Source of the DNA: Hadesarchaea archaeon
GTDB taxonomy: Archaea; Hadarchaeota; Hadarchaeia; Hadarchaeales; JAGGTB01
Length of the DNA stretch: 56,683 bases
Direction of reading: 5' to 3'
Assembly (NCBI GenBank): GCA_021163965.1
Contig: JAGGTB010000028.1
Location: 1 to 56,683, forward strand
Of this stretch, positions 37,177 to 45,875 are shown in pieces. Position numbers and translations under genes: made by a program. Positions within the stretch are counted from its first letter, which is position 1, and every line of letters starts with the position of its first letter. Below the pieces are notes generated by a model that worked only from the letters and a program-made list of their open reading frames with translations, was not told the origin of the DNA and did not search any database.

Positions 37177-38423
37177 TTCAAGCTCCGCGGGAAGCGGAGC
37201 CCCCGGATACCAGGGATTTCCGGGTAGCCTCCGCCGCGCGAGGCGGCCTCATCGTGCACCAGACCATCGGCCTGGTGCAGGGCGGTAAGCCCGCTTCCCG
37301 CGCTTAGCCTACGCCTCGGACTTCCATCGCCTTCATCCGACGCGACACCGCGCGGGATCCCATCTGGAGATGAGCGCAAAGCCTTGAACGCCCCGTAGTC
37401 GAGAACCTTGAGGGCGAACGCGGCGGCGGAGCACTTGTGCACGTCCAAACCGACGAGATGCGAGAGGCACACGCCGAGCTTGGTCGTGTAAGCCTCGCTC
37501 CGGGGCTCCGCGCCGCACTTGTACTCGAGGATCGAGCCGAGCTTGCGGTGGGGGATGCGCTTGACCCTCCGGTTCGCCCCGCGATTCCCCCTGAACTTCG
37601 CCGTGCTGAGCCTGCCGTACACGACCCTAGCGCCGTGGTGCCGGGCGATGTCGCGGATCTTGTTCGCGGTCGCGTGGAGCAGGTTGTCCGTCTTATTCGA
37701 CGAGGCGTGCTGGACCTCGTGGCAGTTTATTCTACCCGTTGCCACTACGCGCTCGCGCTCCGCAACCGCGAAGTCGACGTGGCCGGCGTTAACATCGAGA
37801 GCCATCACGCGCTTCGGCTCTGGCTTCGGTTCCTCCGGAACCTCGACCACGATCCGCACGTCGTGCCCCCCGTCCTCCCGCCGCTTGATCGTCACGGTGT
37901 AGGGCCTGCCCCCGTCGAGCAGGTGGCCGTAGCGCCGGAGGTACTTCCCGGGGATGAAAAGCTCGGGGTAGATCCAGCGCTCGCTCACGCCGGCTCCGGG
38001 CGGCACGTTGATGCGGAGCATTAGCTTACCGTCCACCCGGACGATCCGAGCGTTCAGGTTGCCCTTTTTGGTCCGGTCGCCGCGCGAGACGATCAGCGAG
38101 TCGCGCCGCCTGCGGTACTCCTCGCGCGATATTTCCCCCCGCTCGCGCAGGCGCTGGAGCTTGAGCCCCCCGAAGGTCACGTGAGGGGGCAGATCCTTGA
38201 TCGAGTGGTAGGCATCCTTGACGTAGCGGGAGTTGAGCCCCAGCTGTTCCTGCAGGATCCGCTCGACCTCGGCCTTCGGGATGCCGCGTTGCTTGAGCGT
38301 ATACGCCCGCCGCCTGGCGTTGTCGAAGCGGCGGTAGAGTTCTTCTAGGCGGGCCTCGTCGCGCGGGTCGATGCGCGCGAGCGTGGCGGGGATCGCGAGC
38401 TTGGGCAAAGACTCACCCTCCAA
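37140..38423 (-). CDS. IS200/IS605-type accessory protein (TnpB/OrfB-like), no TnpA nearby
   Basis: 427 aa. RuvC-I-like MALDVNAGHVDFAV, then ...ILEYKCGAEPRSEAYTTKLG... (the YTSK-like motif) and HKCSAAAFALKVL (NAAxNI-like). No CxxC pairs are present. Composition is visibly more GC-rich than the flanks. TTG start with TTATAATTTA about 20 nt upstream. Confidence 0.75.
   Translation of the reverse strand: MEGESLPKLAIPATLARIDPRDEARLEELYRRFDNARRRAYTLKQRGIPKAEVERILQEQLGLNSRYVKDAYHSIKDLPPHVTFGGLKLQRLRERGEISREEYRRRRDSLIVSRGDRTKKGNLNARIVRVDGKLMLRINVPPGAGVSERWIYPELFIPGKYLRRYGHLLDGGRPYTVTIKRREDGGHDVRIVVEVPEEPKPEPKRVMALDVNAGHVDFAVAERERVVATGRINCHEVQHASSNKTDNLLHATANKIRDIARHHGARVVYGRLSTAKFRGNRGANRRVKRIPHRKLGSILEYKCGAEPRSEAYTTKLGVCLSHLVGLDVHKCSAAAFALKVLDYGAFKALRSSPDGIPRGVASDEGDGSPRRRLSAGSGLTALHQADGLVHDEAASRGGGYPEIPGIRGLRFPRSLKTDLPCLRVKIC
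37178..37400 (-). ncRNA. Hairpin-dense 3' tail of the TnpB-like element (omega/reRNA-like candidate)
   Basis: Consecutive perfect stems on the minus strand: GCACCAG-N9-CUGGUGC, CCGCC-N6-GGCGG, CCCGGA-N11-UCCGGG and GCUCCGC-UUCC-GCGGAGC. They overlap the last ~80 low-complexity codons of the ORF and end at the junction with the MinD remnant. Confidence 0.4.
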
Positions 38424-38646
38424 GCGGGTCTCTCTCTGAAGCTAAATTATAAGTCGCTTTGGGGGAGAGGTGCCCGAAAGTAATCCCTCGGTTTTATTAG
38501 GATTTATGAAATTATGTTGGGTCATTGACAACTGTCACTCATCTCCTCTATTTCCTTCCGCCCCATGAAGACCAAGAAAAAGAGGAGTTACAAACAGTTT
38601 AACTTTACCGTCCGGGGGCCCCCTCTGCTGAGATAGATGGCCGGAG

Positions 38647-41097
38647 CTAGTGCCCGGAGGGGTTCACGTTAAAAGTATTTCTCGCACTTTCCGTCTCCCA
38701 GACTTCAGCCACAGTCACCTGCTTGATTCGCGTTGGCTCGTCCTTGTTTTTGTCACGGTAGAATCTGTAGAGGTACCCACTGACTGCCGCCTCGAGGCGC
38801 TCCTCGTGAGTGATTAGGAGCAATTGCTGGACGATTTGTGGAATTCTCTCCCGGAGGACTACCGCAAGTTCCCTGATCCCATCGGCATCGAGATTGTGTG
38901 TTGGTTCATCGAGGACGAGCCAGCTCAGAGCAGGAGCCAAGACTACCGCGAATGCGACCCTCAGGGCCAGGCAGGCGCACGTTCTCTCCCCTCCGCTCGT
39001 TACCCCTTCGACGGGGACCCAGTTCCCAGCGCGGTCTCTCAGTTGCAGGACGTAGTCTCCGCCGCGCTCCCCCCCTTCAACTGAGAGGCGGATATCTACA
39101 TAATCCCCGTAGGGGTATATCTCCTTCCAGAGCTCGCTCATGGTGCCGTTCACGGCTTCGATGAAATGCCGTCTTAGGGAGGTCTGAGTTCGTGCCAGTG
39201 CCACCTGCATTTTCTGAAGCTCTCCGATTGCTCGTTTGAAATATTTGCTCTCTGCGCGGTATTTCTCGAGAGCAGTTTTTTTACTTCTCGCACTTTTTAT
39301 TAGTTTTTCTTTCTCAGTGATGAGCGTACCCTTGTTGGAGATTTGTGTTTTCAGCCGCTCCTGTGCACGGATCAAGCGGTCGTATTTTTCCCTGAGATTC
39401 TTCGCCTCCTCTTCATCGTACTTCTCTTGCATGCTCCAGAGGTCCTTCTGAATTCGGAAGTGTTTCGCCATTTTTCGATCGATTTCTTCCCTTACCCGAT
39501 CCAAATCTTGGCGAAGGGTAAACTTCTGCCGTAGGTTATTCACTCGCTCTCTCTCGCTTTCGACCCTTTCGCGCAGGTCTTTGACCTTCAGTTGGATTTC
39601 TCCCACGACTTTTCTGAGATTTTCGAGCCTCAGCCTCGATTCGCGCAACGTTTCTTCCACGCGCGATCGTTCTAGCTCTAGCTCCTCCAGCTTCCCAGCC
39701 TCCACCTGTAGAAGGTCCGCGCGTTTGCAGACTTCGGTTACTCTTTGGAGTTCAGCATCTAACTCGGTTCTTCTTGTCTCTAGATCTAAGATCCTTTCTT
39801 GGTACTCCTTGAGTTTCCTCTCCCGCTGTAGTAATAGAGCCCGCTTTTTCTCATCCCCCAGTGGGCTCTCGCATACTGGACAAGTAGATCCAGCCATCCT
39901 TAACTCTTCCAGCGCTTGCTTGAGGTCCTCAACTTTGGTACGCAGAGCTATTACTTCGTTTTGAGTATTCTGTTGCATCGTCTGCAGTCTTTCTAGGCGT
40001 TTTTTCAGTTTTGGGAGCTTCAGCTCGTCTAGTTCTTTCTTCGACTTTCGTGCCCGCTGGATGTCTGAGGAGATTTCGTTGAGACGCTTTTGGTTCATTT
40101 GGATCTCCGCCTCAAGCCCGCTGATCTCCGAATTCCTCGCGGAGAGCTCGGAACTCAAGGCATCGAACTCCTGGGCAACGTTTTCGTAGTTCCTCTGGGC
40201 ATTTTCCATCTCCCGCTCGATGTCCGCCAGGCTCCTTCCCGCGATCGCGCCAAGTTTTCCCGTTATTTCTTTTGCTTGGGATCTCAGTGCACTGAGTTCC
40301 CCTCTCAACTCCCTAGATGTCTTATCTAGGCGAGCCAGTTCCTCCTGCAATCTCTGCATTTTTTCGAGCTCCTTTTTGTTCGACTCGAGCTCACGACAAA
40401 CGTTATTGAGTTCCTTTTGGTCCTCCATTCTCGATTTTCTCAGCTCCTCCAGCTCCTGTTCCAAAATTGGGAGCGAAGCAATCGCCTCATCCTGCTCAAG
40501 TTCGCCAATAAGTTGCTCGCGGTCCCTTGTCAGGTCTCGGATTCTGTTTATGAGAGTGCTCATATTCTTGCGCGCGAGTTCCAGTTTGTTGATGCCGAGG
40601 AGTTCATCCGTTTTTCTCATCCGCTCGCCCCGCCTGAGGTTCAAGAAGTAATCCAGTCGATTTTGCTCTGAGTACACGGCGCGCTCGAAAAGGTCATAGT
40701 CTAATTTCAAGAGGGAGCAGACGAGCTCGGTGACTCTGCTCGAGTGAGGTCCCTCTAGAAGTCTCCCGCCCTCTTCCTCCCTGATTTCGGAGAAGGTAGT
40801 TCCCTTTCCGCGTTCTATCACGCGCCTTACGTAGTACCTCGCTCCGTTTGGAGCGGTGAAGGAGACCTCGACCTCGGCAGATTCTGCAGGCTTCGGGCGA
40901 TTTCTTATAAGGTCGTCGAGTTTGATCGTGCGGTTCTGCACGGCCGGAATGGTTCCGAATAGGGCGTAGGTTATCGCATCTAGCACGGCACTTTTTCCAC
41001 TCCCCATGATTCCTATGAGTACGTTTGTTCCGTCTCCAAATCTAAGCTCGGTTTTCTCATGGGATTTCCAGTTCCTAAGCCTCACGCGAGTTATCAT
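38647..41097 (-). CDS. rad50: Rad50 ATPase
   Basis: N-terminal Walker A (GIMGSGKSAVLDAI), a long coiled coil with the zinc hook CPVC (GSTCPVCESPLG), the signature SGGE and Walker B LVLDEPT. Start set at the ATG at 41097 (MITRVRLRNWKSH), overlapping the mre11 stop. Confidence 0.93.
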   Translation of the reverse strand: MITRVRLRNWKSHEKTELRFGDGTNVLIGIMGSGKSAVLDAITYALFGTIPAVQNRTIKLDDLIRNRPKPAESAEVEVSFTAPNGARYYVRRVIERGKGTTFSEIREEEGGRLLEGPHSSRVTELVCSLLKLDYDLFERAVYSEQNRLDYFLNLRRGERMRKTDELLGINKLELARKNMSTLINRIRDLTRDREQLIGELEQDEAIASLPILEQELEELRKSRMEDQKELNNVCRELESNKKELEKMQRLQEELARLDKTSRELRGELSALRSQAKEITGKLGAIAGRSLADIEREMENAQRNYENVAQEFDALSSELSARNSEISGLEAEIQMNQKRLNEISSDIQRARKSKKELDELKLPKLKKRLERLQTMQQNTQNEVIALRTKVEDLKQALEELRMAGSTCPVCESPLGDEKKRALLLQRERKLKEYQERILDLETRRTELDAELQRVTEVCKRADLLQVEAGKLEELELERSRVEETLRESRLRLENLRKVVGEIQLKVKDLRERVESERERVNNLRQKFTLRQDLDRVREEIDRKMAKHFRIQKDLWSMQEKYDEEEAKNLREKYDRLIRAQERLKTQISNKGTLITEKEKLIKSARSKKTALEKYRAESKYFKRAIGELQKMQVALARTQTSLRRHFIEAVNGTMSELWKEIYPYGDYVDIRLSVEGGERGGDYVLQLRDRAGNWVPVEGVTSGGERTCACLALRVAFAVVLAPALSWLVLDEPTHNLDADGIRELAVVLRERIPQIVQQLLLITHEERLEAAVSGYLYRFYRDKNKDEPTRIKQVTVAEVWETESARNTFNVNPSGH

Positions 41098-42385
41098 TTT
41101 CCTTCCCCTCGGGCACATATCCGGAGAGCTTTTTGACGATCTCTACGACGACGCTCATCGCATCATCGATTTTGTTCTCGGTGAGGAGTCCGTATATTGC
41201 CCTGGCATCGAACAATTGTTCGTACCCTATTTCAGCTAGGTTGGAGTCTAACAGCTCCATGGCCATATCCTCGAGCGACATTTGTTGCCCCCGGAGGTCG
41301 CGCAGAAACTTTATCTTTGCTTCTAAACCGGGGGAGGTTAGCTCACCCTTGCTAATACTTAGTATCGCCTTGCCTTGAAACTCCTCTTCGAGCATCCTCG
41401 TGTCGAGCTCGCTACGGGAGGCTCTTTTTGCGAGAGTTCCCCGCAACCTGAAGCGGATTATGGGAGCCTTAGCGGGGTTTCTCCTAGGCTTCTTCAGTAG
41501 ATCCCGCGTTCTGGATCGTATCCAATCGTAGATCTCCGGGATTTCGACCCCGTTGAAGCTCTTCTCCTCGTAATAGAAATCCCGCGGGGACCTGAGTTCT
41601 ACGAATTCGTAGCTCACTCCCCCGTTCATCTTTATCAAGTAGAACCCCTTTGCTAGTTTGGATTCTATCGGCAACAATTGGGTTCGGATGGTGCTACCCG
41701 GAAACAGCAGAGGTCTCCCGTGGATGCTGCTTTCGGCGTGGTAATGCATGTGGCCACACACGTAGAGATCAAACCCTGGGGGAAGGTCTGCAACGTCTAT
41801 CGTCGGACGCTCTTCCTCGGAGAACCTGTAGCTACCGAGCGATTGGTGTAGCATTAGGATGTTGATCGAGTCGCTAACCGGTTTGGGGTTCCACGTGTTG
41901 AGGACGTCTCGGGCGTAGCGCTCGGGGACGTTACTCATGCCGTGGATTGCCACCCTCCCGATTGGGGTCTCCAAGATAACCGCGTTGTGGTGGAGGTGTA
42001 TCAACAGCCCCGCGGATTCCAGCGCTTGGATGGGGTTCACAAGCCCCGCGCTACGTCTTTCGTGATTTCCATGTAGCGCAATCACAGGAATTCCACGAAA
42101 TACTAGGGGGGAAATATCATCGGGTTTTTTGTCGATAGTGCCAGCGAGTTTCACCTCTCCCCCGTCCGTAGCCAGCGGCAGGGAGAGGATTCGCATGGCC
42201 TTTGCCCACATCTCTTGGCGGGGGATCCGGAACTCGAAGATATCCCCCGGGACTAAGATGAGTTGGGCACCGAGCTGAATGGCACGCTCGAAAGCCTCAC
42301 GCGCTTGATCGAATGAGTCCTCCTCCCGCTCCGTCCCCCATTTCGCTCCTAGATGCAGATCTGAAATAGCGGCTATTTTCAACAA
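41075..42385 (-). CDS. mre11: Mre11 nuclease
   Basis: Phosphoesterase motifs ISDLHLG, VPGDIFE, GNHE, MLHQ and CGHMH. Directly upstream of rad50. Confidence 0.93.
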   Translation of the reverse strand: MLKIAAISDLHLGAKWGTEREEDSFDQAREAFERAIQLGAQLILVPGDIFEFRIPRQEMWAKAMRILSLPLATDGGEVKLAGTIDKKPDDISPLVFRGIPVIALHGNHERRSAGLVNPIQALESAGLLIHLHHNAVILETPIGRVAIHGMSNVPERYARDVLNTWNPKPVSDSINILMLHQSLGSYRFSEEERPTIDVADLPPGFDLYVCGHMHYHAESSIHGRPLLFPGSTIRTQLLPIESKLAKGFYLIKMNGGVSYEFVELRSPRDFYYEEKSFNGVEIPEIYDWIRSRTRDLLKKPRRNPAKAPIIRFRLRGTLAKRASRSELDTRMLEEEFQGKAILSISKGELTSPGLEAKIKFLRDLRGQQMSLEDMAMELLDSNLAEIGYEQLFDARAIYGLLTENKIDDAMSVVVEIVKKLSGYVPEGKENDNSREA

Positions 42386-42434
42386 TCGGATTCCCGTTGT
42401 TAGTTCGCGACCATCGTCTAAATAATTTTCAGGG

Positions 42435-44516
42435 CTACTGAGGTTTGTTTTTTCGGGGGTTCCCCCAGTTTGCCTTGGTCACGCAGTCGGGATTCAGACA
42501 CATCCTATATGGTCTGCTCCCCATGCGGTTCACTTGGATCATTGGTGCTCCACATTCCGGGCAAGTTTTGCCGAGGGGCACGATTTTTCCACGCTGGGGC
42601 AGGGGGTATGAATAGTTGCATTTTGGGTAGTTCGAGCACCCCGCAAAGCGCTTTTTTGTTCTACGCGAGACAATTATCCTAAGCTCTCCGTGGCATTTTG
42701 GACATTCTCCGAGCACTTTTTGCGCGCGCCTAGTCTTTCTGTAGGCTTCTCCGAGCACCTTTCCTATTTCGACCTCGTGTTTACGGAATTTCTCCAAAAT
42801 TTTGTTAAGCTTCTCCTTCGCATCCTCGAGCACCTTTTCCTTGTCGCTCTGACCGTTCTGGATTTTTTCCATTTCTCTCTCGAAGTGCGCTGTAAGTTCC
42901 TCGCTAGCAATTTCCGGGCAGTATCCAAGTAGGGCCTCAATGGTCTTTTCTCCGAGCTCCGTGACCTCGATCTGATTGCCCGTGATGTAGTTTCGATCGT
43001 AAATGTTCTGTAAGATTATTGCTCTGGTGGCCTTAGTGCCGAGGTTCCTCGCCTCCATCTCCTTGATAATTGATGAGGGATTGTATCGTGGAGGTGGCTG
43101 CGTTTCCTTCTCTTCAAAAACGAGTTCCGTTGGCATTAGTTCTTGACCCTCCTTGAACTCGGGTAGAAGCACCTCCTCCGTCGCGCCGTACGGACCGTAG
43201 AACTCCAACCATCCCTTCTCCATAATGCGGCGTCCCCGGAAATAGAACGGTTGCCCTGCCACGTCGAGATCTATACGAATGCTTTGTTTGACGGCGGGAT
43301 CGGCGAAAGTAGAGAGAAAGCGTCTGACTATCAAATCGTAGAGCCTCCTCCTGGGCCCCGTAAGCCCCTTTGGCGACTCTCCCGTTGGATGAATTGCGGG
43401 GTGGGCGGGGTCCGTCTTTTTCCCCTCATGAGGTTTCAGCTCCTCTCGACCAAGGAGCTTCTCGACGAGTTCCCCATACTCGCGGATTTCCCCGATGCGC
43501 GACAAAATCTCAGCGTATCCTATCTCGGGCGGAAGCTTTTGCGAACTCGTGCGCGGATAGGAAATGAGAGCATTGTCATAGAGGCTCTGGGCCAGCTGCT
43601 GGGTCCTAGCCGGCGTGTATCCGAAACAACGGTAGGCTTCGGATTGTAGTTGACCAAGGTCGAAAGGTGGTGGGGGAGCAGTCCGGTACTCCCTAACTGT
43701 GATTTTGGCCACTCTAGCTGGCTTGTTTCTACATATTTCGTGAACTTTTTCCGCCTCGCTCTTGTCAAAAAATTTTTCTTTTTTGTGCAGTGCCTCTATT
43801 CTTTGTCCCCCAACTTCGAAAATCGCCTTGATGACCCAATATGGTTCTGGGACAAATGCCCTGATTTCCTTCTCCCGCTCAAATAGGATCTTTAGGGTCG
43901 GAGTTTGAACCCTCCCCGCTGAGAGTTTCACAAACCGCTTGTGAGCCGCTTCCACGGCCGAACTCATGGCCTTGCTGACGTTTATCCCCCAGTACCAATC
44001 GAGCAGGTGGCGTGCTAGTCCGGAGTTGACGAGCCCGATGTCCAGCGTCGGTAGTAAGTTCTCGTAAGCTTTTCGAAGTTCCTTGGCGGTGAGGGTTGAA
44101 AACTTCATGCGCTTTGCTCTTTTCGGGGCGTCTGGGCCGCAGAGATATCTTAGAATGTTGTATCCGATAGTGCTACCTTCGATGTCGTAGTCGCACGCAT
44201 TTATGAATTCATCTGCGTCCTTTGCCATCTCAGCGATCGCTTCCACAAATGGTTTTGAACGTGCTGCGCGCCTGTCTGCTTCGTAGGCGGGAACCCACCT
44301 AACGTCATAGACTGGGTAATCGCGAAGAGGCTTCACGTTTTTGAGCGTGAAGAGATGTCCTAAAGCGGGGACGACGACTATTTTTTTTCCATCCTGTTCA
44401 AGTTCGTAATATGGGACGCTCTTGAACTCCCGTCTTCTTGGTTTCCCATCAGCTATGGCTGCAGCTATTTTTCCGGCGGCATTCGGTTTCTCGCATATGA
44501 TGAGAGTTTTTTTCAT
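42435..44516 (-). CDS. topA: Type IA DNA topoisomerase with C-terminal zinc ribbons
   Basis: TOPRIM domain (LIICEKPNAAGKIA...ACDYDIEGS), active-site region ISYPRTSSQKL, C-terminal CPKCHG...CSNYPKC and CPECGA...C. Start moved to the ATG at 44516. Confidence 0.92.
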   Translation of the reverse strand: MKKTLIICEKPNAAGKIAAAIADGKPRRREFKSVPYYELEQDGKKIVVVPALGHLFTLKNVKPLRDYPVYDVRWVPAYEADRRAARSKPFVEAIAEMAKDADEFINACDYDIEGSTIGYNILRYLCGPDAPKRAKRMKFSTLTAKELRKAYENLLPTLDIGLVNSGLARHLLDWYWGINVSKAMSSAVEAAHKRFVKLSAGRVQTPTLKILFEREKEIRAFVPEPYWVIKAIFEVGGQRIEALHKKEKFFDKSEAEKVHEICRNKPARVAKITVREYRTAPPPPFDLGQLQSEAYRCFGYTPARTQQLAQSLYDNALISYPRTSSQKLPPEIGYAEILSRIGEIREYGELVEKLLGREELKPHEGKKTDPAHPAIHPTGESPKGLTGPRRRLYDLIVRRFLSTFADPAVKQSIRIDLDVAGQPFYFRGRRIMEKGWLEFYGPYGATEEVLLPEFKEGQELMPTELVFEEKETQPPPRYNPSSIIKEMEARNLGTKATRAIILQNIYDRNYITGNQIEVTELGEKTIEALLGYCPEIASEELTAHFEREMEKIQNGQSDKEKVLEDAKEKLNKILEKFRKHEVEIGKVLGEAYRKTRRAQKVLGECPKCHGELRIIVSRRTKKRFAGCSNYPKCNYSYPLPQRGKIVPLGKTCPECGAPMIQVNRMGSRPYRMCLNPDCVTKANWGNPRKNKPQ

Positions 44517-44616
44517 CTGCCCGCCCTCGCCGGTGTATTTAGAATTGACTACTATATAAGATACATGAACGCCAAATTTTTGAGCGTTAGATTGAAAATT
44601 ATATGCAGGTAATTCA

Positions 44617-45867
44617 ATGGACGTAAAGATGTACTGGAGGTACCTATTAGGTTTGCCCGTCTTTATCCTCTTGTTTTGCAGTTTCACATCCGCTGGGGCC
44701 GAGGTTCAGAACTCGAAGAATTTCGTCTACACGGTCAGTATTGATGGTGACATCTACGAAGGGACTTCAACATACATTTCGGATGCAATTAACGAGGCAG
44801 AGAGCCACAACGTTCCGCTGATAATTGAGTTGAATACTCCAGGGGGTCTGGTCTCCTCAACAAGAAAGATAGTTGAGGGCATCATGGAGACAGATGTGGA
44901 GGTAGTGGTTTGGGTTACTCCTCCCGGGGCTTGGGCTTATTCGGCTGGCACATATATCTTAATGGCTTCTCACATTGCGGCGATGGATGTTAACACGGCA
45001 GTTGGGGCGGCGGAGCCACGCCCCAGCGATAACAAGACGGTCTCGGCGATGGCCGGGTGGATGAGGGAGATAGCAGCCGCTCGTGGGCGTCCTGCCGAAA
45101 TTGCTGAGAGGTTTGTTACCCAAAATCGGGTCGTGGGGCCCGAGAATGCGTTGGAGGAAAACCTCATAGATTTGATAGCTACAGACGAGCAGGACATTTT
45201 GGAACGTCTCGGAATCCCGGGGGCGGATATCAGGCACATTAGTGCCAGCCCCTTGAGTACATTGCTCGATATCCTAAGCAATCCCCAAGTGGTTATCATC
45301 TTATTCATTGCAGGATTAGTGGGGATAATTGCCGAGATAACGACTCCCGGAGTAGGCCTCCCCGGTGTCGCTGGAGCAATTTGCCTTCTGCTTTCCCTGT
45401 GGGGCCTCAACGTGATAGAGGTGGGGCTTCTCGGCTTAGCCCTTTTAGCTTTAGGCGCTGTCCTCTTGGTGACCGAGATATTCGTTCCAGGGTTCGGGGT
45501 ATTCGGGATCGGAGGAGTGGTCTCAGTTCTTCTCGGTCTCTTAATGATCGGGAAAGAGCCATGGGTCGAGCTAGGTAATGTGGTTATCGGCGTGGCAATG
45601 GGTCTGGTAGTATTGCTTGGACTGTTCGTTTTCTTTGCTAGGAAGGCTCTCAGGCGCTTACCAAGGGGAGGAATAGAGGACATGGTGGGGGAAATCGGAG
45701 TCGTTACTAAAACCGTGGATCCGTTGGGAGTGGTGAGGGTAAGAGGGGAGCTGTGGGAAGCTACATCGGAGGAACGCATAGAGAGGGGTGAGGAAGTCTT
45801 GGTTGAGTCGATTGGCACCGAGGGAGGACGCACTAGGTTGATCGTCAAGAAGCGCCGAAGTGCTTAG
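44617..45867 (+). CDS. nfeD: NfeD-family membrane-bound ClpP-class serine protease
   Basis: Signal peptide, a ClpP-like N-domain (ELNTPGGLVSSTRKIV...YSAGTYILMASHIAAM), a TM bundle and a C-terminal OB-like NfeD domain (VVRVRGELWEATS). Confidence 0.87.
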   Translation: MDVKMYWRYLLGLPVFILLFCSFTSAGAEVQNSKNFVYTVSIDGDIYEGTSTYISDAINEAESHNVPLIIELNTPGGLVSSTRKIVEGIMETDVEVVVWVTPPGAWAYSAGTYILMASHIAAMDVNTAVGAAEPRPSDNKTVSAMAGWMREIAAARGRPAEIAERFVTQNRVVGPENALEENLIDLIATDEQDILERLGIPGADIRHISASPLSTLLDILSNPQVVIILFIAGLVGIIAEITTPGVGLPGVAGAICLLLSLWGLNVIEVGLLGLALLALGAVLLVTEIFVPGFGVFGIGGVVSVLLGLLMIGKEPWVELGNVVIGVAMGLVVLLGLFVFFARKALRRLPRGGIEDMVGEIGVVTKTVDPLGVVRVRGELWEATSEERIERGEEVLVESIGTEGGRTRLIVKKRRSA

Positions 45868-45875
45868 TGAGCCTG

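Noticed and set aside
44970-45848. 292-aa minus-strand ORF antisense to nfeD.
   Set aside because: Its Pro/Ser/Thr-rich composition has no motifs, and it sits entirely within a well-supported plus-strand gene.
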